Shown here in pieces: positions 51,757 through 64,000 of a DNA stretch of 64,000 bases (positions within the stretch are counted from its first letter, which is position 1; every line of letters starts with the position of its first letter). The notes beneath the pieces are model-generated. The model saw nothing but the letters and a program-made list of their open reading frames with translations, ran no database searches and was not told the origin of the DNA. The position numbers were made by a program, and so were the translations under genes. Location: NCBI GenBank assembly GCA_028534125.1, contig CM052817.1:80292001-80356000 (forward strand). Direction: 5' to 3'. Source of the DNA: Lama glama. Taxonomy: Eukaryota.

Positions 51757-52573
51757 TGAAAACATCTCTTAATGCCCTTAAATTTACTGATTTATAATAC
51801 TAAGAACCTAACAAGTACAAGTTTAATCAACTTTATTTAGTTTAGTTATAATTTACATACAATATACTGCATCAATTTGAAGTGTACAATTCAAGTAATT
51901 TAAATATATATGTAAACCTGTGAAACTTCCTCTACAATCAAGGTGTAATAGAACATTTCAGTCAACCTAAAAGGTTCCTTTTGCTCCTTGGCAATCCATC
52001 TTTCCCTCTACCCCAGACTCCAAACAACCACTTGTCTGCTTTTTATAATTACAGATTAGACCAAATTTTTTAAGTATTTTGTATAAATGGAATTGTATAG
52101 TACGTACTTTTCAATGTCTGGTTTCTTTAGCTCAACACAAGTTTGAGACTTATGCATGTTATTGAGTATATCATTAGTTCTTTTTTAATTGCCAAGTGAT
52201 ACTCTATTATATGTAAATACGTATTTTGTCTATCCATTCATGAATTGGTAAACATTTGGATTATTTACAGTTTGGAGCTATTTTGAATAAAGCTGCCATG
52301 AACATCTATGTATAAGTCTGCATGGATTATGTTTTTGTTTCTCTTAGATAATACCTAGGAGTAGAATAACTGGATTGTTGTAGTGGAGAATGTTAAACGT
52401 TTTAAGAAACTGTCAGTCTCTTAACCACTCAACCACTTTGGAAAACTGATTGTACTATTTTATGTTCCCATTAACAGTGTATAAGTTCTAGTTACTCTAT
52501 AATCCTTGTTCAGTCTTTGTTATTGTTGGTGTCTTTAATTTTAGTCATTCTTATGAGAATGTAATGATACCTC

Positions 52574-52721
52574 TTTTCTTTTTTGTTTTTTGTGGGGGAT
52601 TTTGGAGGGGCTGGGGGCAATTAGGTTGGTTTGTTTGCTTATATGAAGGTACTGAGGATTGAATCCAGGGCCTCATGCATACTAGGCATGTGCTCTACCA
52701 CTGAGCTATCCCCTCCTCCCC
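52574..52721 (-). mobile_element. tRNA-Ala-derived SINE (camelid Vic-1 type), more diverged copy
   Basis: Minus strand GGGGATAGCTCAGTGGTAGAGCACATGCCTAGTATGCATGAGGCCCTGGATTCAATCCTCAGTACC; degenerate TSD TGTAATGATACCTC (52560-52573) / TATAATGACACTTC (52722-52735). Confidence 0.85.
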
Positions 52722-54860
52722 TATAATGACACTTCACTGTGGTTTAAATTTGCATTGATCTGATGGCCAATGATGTTGAGCATCTTTTTACTCAACATTT
52801 ACTTACTTGCCAACTTTATAGTTTCCTTTGTCTGGATCTGTTCAGATCTTTTGCACGTTTTCTTCTGGGTTGTTTATTTTCTTACCATTGAATTTTAGGG
52901 GGTCTTTATGTGTTTGGATACAAGTTCTTTGTCAGATATACCTGCCCATTGTGAGTATTTTATCCCAGTCTGTGGCTTGCTTTTTTTCTTAAAGTTTTTA
53001 GGAGAGAAAAATCGTTTAATTTTTAAAAGACAGGCTTATCAGTTTTTTTCTCTTATACTCCCTCTAGAAGTTTGTTGTTTGAACTCTTACATTGAGATTT
53101 ATGATCCATCTTAAGTTGATTTTTGAGAATGGGGTGAGGGAAGGGTCAATGTTCATTTTTAAAATATGATATTCCATTGTTGAAGCATCATTTCTTAAAA
53201 TACTTTACTTTCCTCATTGAATACCTTAAAAATAAAAATCAATAAGGACTCTTTATTCTGTTTTTTAAATCTGTATTTCTATCTTCTAGACTTATCACAG
53301 TCTTATTTCTTTAACATTATAAATTTTCAGGCCAAGTAGTTTAAGTCCTTCAACTTTGTTCCTTTTTTGACTTGCTTTCATAATTCTCAGTCACTTGCAT
53401 TTCTATATACATTTTATAATCAGTTTGTCATATTTTTTTAAAGTCTTTGTGGAATTTTGATTGGAATTGCATTGAGACTGTAGATAAATTTGGAAAGAAT
53501 GAATATCTTAATAATATTGAATCTTCCAATGAATGTGGTTAATCTCTGTATAGATCTTTAATTTCTCTCAACAGTGCTCTGTAGTTTTTAATGAAGCATT
53601 CTTTTGTTAATTTTATTCCTTTGTTTTTTATGTATTTTCATAAAGTAGATTTTTTAACTTCATTTTTCTGTTTAGATTGCTGCTGAATATATAAAAATAC
53701 AATTTTTCTAATATTAAACCTGTCTCCTGTAATCTTGCTGCTGTTTTGTAGATTCCTTAGGAGTTTTACATAAGCAATCATGTCATCTGCAAATGAGGAT
53801 AGTTTTACTTTTTACTCTTGCAGGTTCTATACTTCCTTCCTCCAAATCCCCCCTGCCCTGGTTTATTACTAAGGCTAGTACCTCTGTTACAATGTTTGGT
53901 AGAAGTGGTGAGTTTTTACCTTGTTCTTGATCTTAGGTTAGAAAGCATTCAAAATTTTGAGATTAATTATTATGTTACCTATAGGTTTTTGTAGGTATTG
54001 AAGAAGTTTCCTTTCATTTCTAGTTTGTTGAGAGATTTTTTTAATCATGACTAGATCTTAACTTTTGTCATATGCTTTTTCTGCACATATTTAAATGATG
54101 GAACAGATTTTCTCCTTTAATTCTGTTGCTATGGTTAAATTATACTTATTGGATTTGGAGTGTTAAACTAACCTTTCATTCCTGGGACAATTCTTACTTG
54201 ATTGTGATGATTTATCCATTTTATATATTGTTAGATTCTACTTGCTAATATTTTCAAAGAATTTTTAGATGTATGCTTATGAGGGTGTCACTAATCTGTA
54301 GTTGTCATTTTTTGTAATACCTTTGTCAGGTTTTAGAATTAGTATTACGCTGGCCTTATGAAACAAGTTGAGAAGTGTTTCCTCCTCTATATCCTAATGG
54401 TTATATAATTTTGATGTGATTTCTTCTTTGGTAAATTTCAGAAGAGAAACCATCTGGGCTTGAATTTTTCTTGATGGGAAGGTTGGTCATAATGATTCAG
54501 TTTTTCAATCTGTTCAGTTGCAGTTTTTAAAAATATAGGGCTATCGTGATTTTCTGTTTATGCTATGTCCATTTTATAACTGGCTTTTTCAAGGCATTTG
54601 TTTCTTTTTTATTGTCATAAAGTTGTTTATAATATTCTCTTATTATCCTTTTGCTATCTTTAGGATCTGTAGTGATAGCCCCTTTTGATTTCTGATGTTG
54701 GTGATTTGTTCTTTTATTCTTGTTTCGTCTAGCTAGAATTTAATCAATTCTTAAAAATCTGTAGAGAACCTCCCTTGACTTTGTTGATTTTCTCCATTAT
54801 TTGTTTCCTATTTCATTGATTTATGCTCTCAAGTTCATTATTTCCTTCCTTGTACTTACT

Positions 54861-55398
54861 GTTTTTTTTAATTGAAGTACAGTTGATTTATAATATTGTG
54901 TTAGTTTCAGGTATACAGCAAAGTGATTCAGTTTTATATATATGTGTGTATATACATTTATACATATATATTCATTTTCAGATTCTTTTCCATTATAGGT
55001 TATTACAACATATTCAATATAATTCCCTGTGCTATAAGTCAGTCCTTGTTATTTATCTGTTTTATATGTAGTAGTGTGTATCTGTTAATCTCAAACTCCT
55101 AAGTATCCCTCCCCCCTCCCCTTTGATAACCATTAGTCTTCTATGTCTTTGAGTCTATTTCTATTTTGTAAATAAGGCCATTTGTATCATTTTTTAGATT
55201 CCACATAGAAGTGATACCGTGTATTATTTGTCTTTCTCTCTCTGATTTACTTCTCTTAGTGTGATAATCTCTAGGTCCACCTATGTTGCTGCAAGCAGCT
55301 GTATTTCCTTCCTTTTATGGCTAAGTAATATTCCATTGTATCTGTGTATACCACATCTTTATTCATTCATCTGCTGATGGACACTTAGGTTACTTTCA
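54861..55398 (-). mobile_element. 5'-truncated LINE-1 nested in the old L1, 15-bp TSD
   Basis: TTCCTTGTACTTACT (54846-54860) / TTCCTTGTACATACT (55399-55413); 3' UTR like 3448-3960. Confidence 0.9.
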
Positions 55399-55994
55399 TT
55401 CCTTGTACATACTCTTGAAACTTAGGTCTTTGATTTTAGACTTCTTTCCTGCTATAAGCATTTAAAGTTATAAATTTGTCACTAAGCACTTTTAACAATA
55501 TTCCACAAATCTTCATATGTTAGAAAAATATTCTAACTTCCTTTGCGATTTCTTCTTTGACCTATGACTTATTTAGAAGTATGTTATTTAACTTCCATAT
55601 GTTTGGGGTTTTCATGTATGTCTTATTTTTATTTGTGTCTAGCTCCCTCTTATAGTCAGAGCTCCACTTTGTGTGATTTCAGTACTTATGAATTTGCTGA
55701 GTTTTGTTTTATGGCTTATCATATGGGTGAATATACCAAGTGCACTTAAAAAGAATATGTATTGCACAGCTGTTGGATTTAGTGGTCTATAAATAAATAG
55801 CAATTAGGTCAAGATGATTGATAGTCTTATTGGATCCTCTCTACTGGTGTGTTTTCTAGTTCTCTTAGTTGCTATAAGAGGAATGTTAAAAAATCCTATT
55901 ATAATTGTAGAGTTATATGTTTATCTCTTTTAGTCCTGGCAATATTTGCTTTATATTTTGAGTTTCCATTATGAGTAACATACATGGCAAGAAA

Positions 55995-56180
55995 TATGAA
56001 GGTTCTGAGGCTTTACCCTATTTGAAATGTAACTAGTTAGCCTGCCACAATTTCATGGAAGCTGGTGAAAGGCATGAGACTCTTGAGTCAGAGACAGAGG
56101 ACAGTTTATTACTCACAGAATATTATCATTTTTTGGTGCCAGTTTCCTAAGAACTAATTCCCGCAGAGCAACCATATGAG
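55995..56180. mobile_element. ERVL-type LTR fragment (MER54/MER73/MER74 group-like)
   Basis: CTGAGGCTTTACCCTATTTG...GTTAGCCTGCCACAATTTCATGGAAGCTGG...GTCAGAGACAGAGGACAGTTTATTACTCACAG. Confidence 0.6.
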
Positions 56181-57089
56181 GTTTCAGTATTTGTATTTTC
56201 TATAGTGTCTTATGTATAGTCCCAGCTACATTTTCAGGATTTTTGTTTGTTTGTTTGTTTCAGGTTTTATAATTAAAGGTGTTCATGCCTAAGTTCTTGT
56301 CTTCCTTACTTTTCTGTATTTACTTCTATCACACCTTCTTTCTGGATACTTCATATTCATAAGTACACATAGGGAAATGTGCTATTTTTCACTATTTATA
56401 AGTGTGTATCTCTTAAGTATTCAAGAAGTGCTACTTCTGATTATGCCAGCAAGTAGAGTAATTTTGGGGAGAGGGAAGGAGTCTACATTTTTTGGAATTT
56501 CATTTTCAGTACTTTATTTCTTCCTAGAAATTCAGTTTTCCATTTCATGTCATTTCCTTTCAACCAGGAGAACTTCCTTTAGCATTTTCTGTAGTGTAGA
56601 TCTGCTGGAAACAGATTTCCTTAGTTTTCTTTTATCTGAAAGTGACCTTATTTTTCCTTGATTATTGAAGAGTATTTTCTCTGGGAATAGAATTCTGGAA
56701 TGATATTTTTATTCTTTCAGCACTTGAAAGATGTTGTTCTTCTGGTTTTTGCACTCTGTTGTTTTGATTAAAAGTCATTGGTGATTCAAATCATTGTTCC
56801 CTGTATTCACTCTGGCAGCTTTTAAGATTTTCTTTATCTTTGGTTTTCAGCAGTTTGCTACAATGTGTTCTTATGTGGTTTTCTTTATATTTATTTTGTT
56901 GGAAATTTACTGAGCTTCTTGATTTTGTGACTTAATTTTTTTTTTAACTAATTTGGGAGCATTTTTGGCTTTTTTTTTCTGATATTTTTTCTACTCCATC
57001 TTCTCTTTTCTTTCCTTCTTGGACTCTAATTACACGTATGTTAGACCTTTTGATTTTGTCCCAAAAGAGTGATCTTTTTGTGTATATTT

Positions 57090-57660
57090 CACCATTTCAC
57101 CTTCCCACTTAAAACCTTCCACTGGCTTCTCACTGCAATTAGAATATAATCCAGACTCTTTACCATATTGTTTAAGGCCTCATAACCGCCCTATGAGTAT
57201 CTCTCTAACGTCATTTCCTACCTTTTCTCACTTTATTGGGTTATTTTCTTTCCCTAGATCATACCAGTCATTGTTGCCTTTGCACCTGATGTTCCCTGTA
57301 CTTTGAATGCTCTTCCCGTAGATCTTTGTATGGTGACTCCTTTGGATAACTGCATAAGCTACCTCCTTGGAGAGGCTTTCTCTCATCATCCCAACTAAAA
57401 GCTGCCCCATTCCCTCAAAACACACACACACACACACACACACATTTTAGACCTATATCTCTTTTAATAGGTTTATTGAGATATAATTCACATACCCTAA
57501 AATTCATCCACTTAAATTATACAATTCAGAGATTATTAGTATACTTACATACATTGGTAACTGTCACTACAGTTTTATACATATCCATCTTATTCATGCT
57601 GGCTCGTAGCACCAGGTACAATATCTGGTATATAATACATACTTAATAATTTTTTCTCAA
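57090..57660 (+). mobile_element. L2 fragment with (CA)n (57421-57444) and a nested antisense L1MB-type 3' end (about 57468-57577)
   Basis: cttaaaaccttccactggcttctcactgca...gcctttgcacctgatgttccct; tttattgagatataattcacatacc. Confidence 0.7.
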
Positions 57661-58153
57661 GAGATGACTTCATTAGCTCTAAGATAATTTAGGCATTAAC
57701 CTCCAGTAAAATTTTAGGGAAATTCATTTGACTATCATCAGCTCTAGAAGTATTCTTTAATCAGAGCTGTGCCTATTTTGAGGGCTCTCGAAACAGCTTA
57801 ACCATATTTTAAGAATAACCCCATGAAAAGTCTTTTAATGTCTTTTTAATAAGATGAATACAAGTCATATACACATTTCCTTAAAAGAGAATAGTCATCT
57901 TTTACTGACCTGACAGTTGCTGGGGAGCAAAAAAAGCCTTTAAGAAATACTGCTTTTCTGTTTTCAAAAGTACTCTAACATTGTTTGTTTGAATCTCTGA
58001 AACAGATTATGGAATCTCTAGTACTGGTTTTATTTACTAATTATGGGTAATAGTTTTTCATGAGATTCTGGACATCCTCTTTCCTTGGGTATCTTCCATG
58101 TGGAATGTCAGTTCTGAGCTTAGTTCATCTGTGTTGCTCCATCTTCTTTATAG

Positions 58154-58318
58154 GCTTTGCTGCGGCCTGGAAGAATTGATAGAATCATCTATGTGCCTTT
58201 ACCAGATGCAGCAACAAGAAGGGAAATATTTAACCTGCAGTTTCACTCTATGCCAATCAGCAATGATGTTGATCTGAATGAACTCATCCTCCAAACAGAT
58301 ACATATTCAGGAGCAGAG
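58154..58318 (+). CDS. AFG2A: Internal coding exon of AFG2A/SPATA5 (AAA+ ATPase, C-terminal part of the second AAA domain)
   Basis: Pyrimidine tract plus TAG acceptor (ctccatcttctttatag, AG at 58152-58153) and GAG|GTAAGA donor at 58319. The 165 nt translate without stops to [55 protein letters not shown], which contains the AAA second-region-of-homology RPGRxD motif and matches my recollection of SPATA5. Confidence 0.93.
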
Positions 58319-58552
58319 GTAAGATAGCTCCCCTCAAAATACCTTGGTGTGAGGAAAGCAGTGGCTTGGGGTCCACCAAAAGGACTGCTTGATGCCAATT
58401 GTTTTAAAATAACTATATGTTCAGAAATCTTAAAACAGAAAATGTACTACATGACAGGTAGTCACAAAATTAAATTGCATTTTACCTGGCCTCTATTATA
58501 TTTCGATTGTTTTTACTTGGCCCTTATTATTTCTCAAAATGTAGTCTCTAGA

Positions 58553-58800
58553 GAAGTAGCATAATATAGTGGAGAGGACACTGGATTTAGAAGTTAAAAA
58601 TTCTACTGATGGGCTTCATGCCCAGCTTCCAACCAGTTACACACTTCTCTGAACTTGGATTTCTTCACCTATCAAATGGAAATGATATACAACTTCCTGT
58701 ACTGTTTTATCGTAAAGATCATAAAAATGAGATTAGGATGTCATGAAAGCTCTGTACAATACAAAGGACTTGGCAAAGAGCTTGTATTATTGTCATCTTT
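58553..58800 (+). mobile_element. MIR
   Basis: GTAGCATAATATAGTGGAGAGGACACTGGATTTAGAAGT...CTTCTCTGAACTTGGATTTCTTCACCTATCAAATGGAAATGAT. Confidence 0.75.
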
Positions 58801-61800
58801 TATCATTTTGAAAAATAATCTCAGTCTACAAAGATTCTCTCATAAAAACCTTAATTGGACAGCCAGTCTGCCCTTAATAGTAAAAATATACTCTCAACAA
58901 GTACAGCAAGACCTCTGTGAAAATGTGAAAGTTGTAAGTATGGCAAATGAACATTTTTTTCTCTCCTCAGCGACTGTTCACTTAGGCTGTTTTTATTTAC
59001 GAAATTTTATTTTAAAATAATTGTGCATCTTTTCTACCTGCAGTTTTAAAGAAAAGTTCAGACTATATTCCTCCACATAAAAATGCCTTCTGAATACCAC
59101 TGATACGATTTGTGCTGGGAAATTAATACTTTTTGAAGTACAAAGTTGTAGATTCTTTTCATCTGAATTATTCAGCAGACTGGGACTCCACAATCTGATT
59201 TTCTTGCTATTTTTATCTGTCTTCTGTAAAATCCAAACCAATTAATATACATAACAGATCATTTGTGGTACTTAGAGAGTCCTGTAGGTAAATTTACATG
59301 TGGAATTGGATTTAGTACATCGTGCAGTCACAGCTAATAACAACCACCAAAATAAATTCCAAATCCACTCCTTGTTTTTTTAAGCTGTGAGCAATATATA
59401 TTTGATATTCCTCTTTCAGTTTTTAAATTCCACTAGAGGGGGAAAAGCCATGCAGAAAGTAGCTTGAAAAACAGTTGAAGTACATTCACCTTTAAAATAA
59501 TCTTTATTATTTCAGAGTATCTCTTTGGCATAACTATCCATTAAGTTAAAATGAACATGTAGTTCCTACTAACTGACTGCTCCAGCATTTCTAGAATTTA
59601 GTTTTTGATGTGAGACCAAGGGCTGGCATCCTGTATATGATATGTCAGTTTACAGGAAACAGCTAGGAGAAGAAACCATAAATCTTTCACTTGAGTTGAG
59701 TGAAGTGAATGAGCAGTTAGCTAGGTATAAATATGCCCTCCTCACTTTGAAGTAATTCATGGTAGTAACACAGAAGTGCAAAACAAAAATCAAAGCCAAT
59801 GAGGTCCTGTCTGGCTGAAAGGAAAAAACTCATTTGGTGCCAGGAATTATTGTAGCAACTTGCTAGTTCTTACGTAGTACATGCCTTATTCAGTCTGAAA
59901 TATAAGCATATTCATTTCAGATTAATTTTTATATCAGAGCTTCTAAAAATAGTCACTGGAAAAGTAGCAGAAAATTCTGTCCCTCAGTTTACATTTTTGT
60001 GTCCCATGATGCTTGGGAGAGGGAAGGGTATCCTCCTGTGATCCGAATTATAATCAGAATATTTTATTACAACTTCATGGACATTTATTCCAGAGCTATG
60101 TCATAGTAGCTCTAGGATTTTCAGTTTGGATAAAGCAGATTTGTTCCACATATTTTGTTCTATGTGACGGTTTGGTCTGAATATTTAGGTAATTCACATA
60201 GGTCCCCTATTGTTTGAAGAGAACTATTCTCTCTTTTAAAGTCTTAAAATTAATAAATAGGAAATTTAAGACAGATTAAACTTAGCTTCACATGAAGTAT
60301 AAGATCTCTCTCATCTTTTTTTCCTCTTTCTATCAGAATGAAAATGGTGCTGCAATGTTTGAAAGCCAAAATTAGTTTTGAAATGTTTTTAAATAGTAAA
60401 ATAGATTCAAAGCTAGAACCTCAGTCTCCTGACTCCTCAGGCTCAGTTCTGTACCACTAATGTAACCAATTTATTTCCTTCTGCAGCAAGGCCATATCCT
60501 TCAGCACAGAAGCTTCTCCACAGTACATCCCTAGCAAACACTTAATACACTGGAGAAAGGGAAAAAAGATTTTTTACCTATATTTCGGAAAAATAGACTT
60601 CCTATTCTCATTAGTCAGAGAGGAATCCTCTTGTAGCCGTGCTCCCTGCTATGGTCACAGCCACTTTCTCAGAGCTGGAGTGTCTCTGTGGCCATTCTGT
60701 GGTATAAAAATGAAACTACGGACTCGGTTAATTGTCTTCACAGGACAGTAGTATATTCAGTGTTATATGAGATTAATTTAGTTTGGCTGTACACTGTTAG
60801 CTATGTGGACAAGCATTTGGCAAGGTGAGCTGGAGATGAGGAAATTGCTGACACTCTGTTTTTCGGAAACAAACTGTTTATTTTAGCTGTAGTGAGTATT
60901 TTATTTTTATTTTTAATTAGAAAGTTGAAGAGAATGATTGGGATGGAGATAATTACTGGCACTCATTAAAAGACTGGGCTGGAGGCATTACTTTTAAAAA
61001 ATTTTTCTTTTCACCTGGTGCTTTATTTTCCCTAGTCAACATTGTTCCATAAAAGCTTACACAGGCCCAGTGTTTGAAGTAGCTCGTTATACACTGAGTT
61101 ACTCCATTTTCTCTCCCTGGAGAGGGTATACAGAGAATTGAAGCATTTTTTGCTAACTCTCAGGAGAGTCCCTGGAGGAAGTTTGTCGCCAGCTGAACGG
61201 GGAATGTGGTCACTAGGGAGCAGCCTCTAAGGAGAGGCTGCAGCAGGCGGCATCCCTCAGCCGTCTCTGCGGCCCGCTGCTCCCCCGTGGCCAGTACCTC
61301 ATTGTCTTTGGCTTCTTGGCTGTAGCTCCCAGTCAATGGAAAAACATGTTGCCATTTAAAAGTGGTTGGGAATTCAGTTCAGGAGGAAATAAGAAGTCTT
61401 TTTTGGTTATAGCTATTGTTTTCTTTTGCTTTGACTTTTGTTTTTTCAGTTATTTGTAGCAGATTCCACTCCATTTATTTATCTTATATCAAACTATCCT
61501 AGTTACTTTAGGAAAACTTTTATCTTACCCACTGACAGGAAATCAGCAATCACAAATGTATGTACATGAAAGTCATGACTGAACCCATTCCCTGTGCGCT
61601 ATGTGCTTGAGAACAGAGACATGAATAAGATACATAACTTCCTCTCTGTATAGGAATATGCTGTCATAGGCTGACAATGTCTGTAAAATTTGGGTTGAAT
61701 GTTTATTTGCATTTGGATGTTATCCACCTTTCACTAAGTAAAACTGATGAAATATCTAAGAGCCAGGTACACACTATACATTTACAAATAATATGGGCGG

Positions 61801-61927
61801 TCATAACATTTATTTCATTTATCAAGATTTGTGAATTCAACTTTCAAGAGAGGCAATAAAGTAGAAGAAAAGAATTTTTAATGTTGCAGTTGAGTAGGCT
61901 TTTAATTGAATTGTAGCTCTTTTCTTT

Positions 61928-62092
61928 CAGGATTGTTTCAGGCAAGTTATTTAACTTCTTTGAACCTCAGTCTCCTCATTTGTAAGATATCTGTGTGACA
62001 GAATTTTGTTTTGAGGGTTAAATGAGATGATAAATATGAAGGCACCAAGAAACAAGGCCAGACACATAAAGAGTGCTTCATAAGTGTTATTT
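61928..62092 (+). mobile_element. MIR core
   Basis: GGCAAGTTATTTAACTTCTTTGAACCTCAGTCTCCTCATTTGTAAGAT...GAGGGTTAAATGAGATGATA. Confidence 0.8.
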
Positions 62093-62929
62093 CCCTTCAT
62101 TGTTTCCTCCTTTTATCAGTTCAATCTTTGTATTTACCACAACAGTATTGGATGATGTTACTACAAGATGGAGTACGTTTTGCATCGTCTCAATAACCAG
62201 ATAATTTATCTGGAGCTAGATAATTGAGTTTGCTTCTTACCCTTTTCTTCAAAATGTAAAAGTCTTCTTAATATGGTGATTTTTAGGGTAATCATGAATC
62301 TAGCTCTAGAAAAAAAAATCTTTCTACAGCAATTTGTTAGCGTTAAATACATTTCGCGTTAATTTTTCAAAAAGCTTTAGCTGCATCTAAATTTCGTCTG
62401 TTTGTCTCTGTTTCACTAAAGTGATGTGTCTTGCCCTGAATCCCCTTTTGTAGTCTATGCCCTCCTGGGTCTAATAATCGTTCAAGGTCTTCGTGCCAGC
62501 TTGACATAAAGAAATCACCTACCAGTGTGCCTCATTAATTCAAGAAGGTTTCTTTTCACTGTGCTTGAGCTATTATAGCTAATAAAGAGGAAGACGTAAG
62601 TTACTTTTCTGTCTTGCTGATTAATAGTCCTTCTGACATCCTCTCTCGTCGCTCCCACACAGTGAAAACAGAAGGAGCAGTTACAACCACGTAGGCTATC
62701 TCTGCTCTTCCTACGTGAAGCCTCTTGTGACTGTTTTCCCTAAACTAAAAATCAGGATCAATATATTAGAATCCAGTATAGATTGACTCTTTATATGATC
62801 AGTCTAACAACATATCTGAGATAAGACCAAAGATCCAAAGCGGGACAGCACACCTTTTGGCCAGGTCTCAGGCTCTCTGTGTCGAGAGAGCAGCTAGCAG
62901 CAGTGTTCCTGTCTCTAGGTGAAGCAGGG

Positions 62930-63422
62930 CACACAGTACTTAGCAGCCTCCTGTAGACATGCCTGCAACCTCCTTGTCCCGCCTGATCAGAAACTGCCCT
63001 TCGAAAACAGGGTGTTATAACCAGCTGGTCTGCTGTTCTTACTGGAGATCTTTGTTCTCTCTCTACTCTTTCTTGTGCATTTATCCTTAAAATTCTATAC
63101 CTATACCCCAGAATTTCAAAGTATTCTTTGCTTACCCAGCCTACTGAAATCATTGCTTTGTCATGAAACCATCATGACAACCCCATCCAGAAGTGGCTTC
63201 TCCTTTTGAACTCCTTTATACTGAATTCTGTTTCAGTTGTTTAGCTCTTAGGATATTTCTCCTTGTAGTTATTTTAACATGAGCAACCAGCCACCTCATG
63301 TTTCCTGAAACAAACTATAAAATTCTTTATGACAGAAATCAGGTTTTGTACTTCTTAGAAGTCTAGCAGAGCAAAACAGTTTGTCCACAGAATCAGTGGA
63401 CATTAATGTTGGATGAATGATA
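62930..63422 (+). mobile_element. L2 3' fragment
   Basis: Ends AATGTTGGATGAATGA (L2 tail), preceded by ctataaaattctttatgacagaaatcaggtttt. Confidence 0.5.
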
Positions 63423-64000
63423 GATTTATGTGTTGATTCCGAGTCATTCTATGAACAAAAAATGTCAGTTTTAACATTCACTAAAGTGACAATAGTTTTA
63501 AACTTTTTTGTATGTGTTATCTATGTGAGTGCCTAGCTATGGGAACAGTGCTGTAGCAAAAGGACTAGACAAGCAAAAACAATTGATTTGTCTGAAGTCC
63601 ACAGCAAATAAGTGACAAACTCAGGACTCAGAAACCAAATCTTTCAGCTCCTCCTGAATGACTGACTCTTCATGCCTCTTGAGTCAACAGAAGAGTCTTT
63701 AAAACTTTTATAGTTCCTTTTGACATCTCTGAATCTTTGATAAAGGCTTGCTTACTCTTGTGGACACTGACTTAGCAAACTAAACAGCAAATATGAAACA
63801 TCTTTACATTTTTTATATGTACTTTTCAATATGTAGTTATTGTCTTTAGCTACCTTGATGTCATTTTCACAAAAATGTAAGCCACCTGAAGTTAGGAACT
63901 GGTTTTCTTTATTCATTTGCTGTATTTCTCAGGTATTGTGAATAAGACTTTCAGTTTAGAGGGAAAGACACATTAAAAACCAAGTTCTCTGTAGTGTATT

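Larger units (their letters stand above)
51825..57075 (-). mobile_element. Long old LINE-1 (L1MB/MC-type; 3' UTR through ORF2 into ORF1 region) with nested insertions
   Basis: Continuous degenerate antisense L1 motifs, e.g. ttgattggaattgcattg, caatcatgtcatctgcaaat (FADDMI antisense), gggaatagaattctgg, ctctaattacacgtatgttagacc. Confidence 0.85.
1..58153 (+). other. AFG2A: Part of the long AFG2A intron upstream of this exon
   Basis: No preceding AAA exon (expected to end ...ATNRPDRIDK) found by eye; repeat-rich, with L1s mostly antisense to the exon. Two gaps could hide sequence. Confidence 0.7.
58319..64000 (+). other. AFG2A: Start of the downstream AFG2A intron
   Basis: Begins at GTAAGA donor; no following exon seen in the window. 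Confidence 0.75.

Noticed and set aside
62197..62213. CCAGATAA-T-TTATCTGG palindrome and other 7-8 bp inverted repeats (e.g. about 30492-30510)
   Set aside because: Within chance expectation for 64 kb of AT-rich DNA.
1..64000. CRISPR arrays, operons or prokaryotic defence systems
   Set aside because: Sequence is mammalian intron; no regularly spaced repeats or gene-dense regions.

Overview
AT-rich mammalian genomic DNA, most likely camelid given two tRNA-Ala-derived SINEs of the Vic-1 type. The window appears to lie inside one + strand gene, AFG2A (SPATA5, an AAA+ ATPase). Only one coding exon is visible (58154-58318, 55 codons, phase 0/0), and the ORF track misses it. The rest is long intron packed with LINE-1 copies of several ages (mostly antisense), L2, MIR, LTR fragments and DNA-transposon relics, plus two 500-N scaffold gaps. 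The supplied ORFs look like L1 debris, gap artefacts or chance ORFs. I found no evidence of a genuinely new biological system. The best leads are (i) a TSD-flanked L1 with both ends intact whose ORF2 has an in-frame deletion removing the RT domain, (ii) a tail-to-tail pair of young L1 3' ends about 80 bp apart that could form intronic dsRNA, and (iii) a 233-bp insertion with a perfect 13-bp duplication that splits a MIR and carries extra sequence beyond an L1 tail. Repeat family names come from recalled consensus sequences, not a database search, and boundaries of old repeats are approximate.
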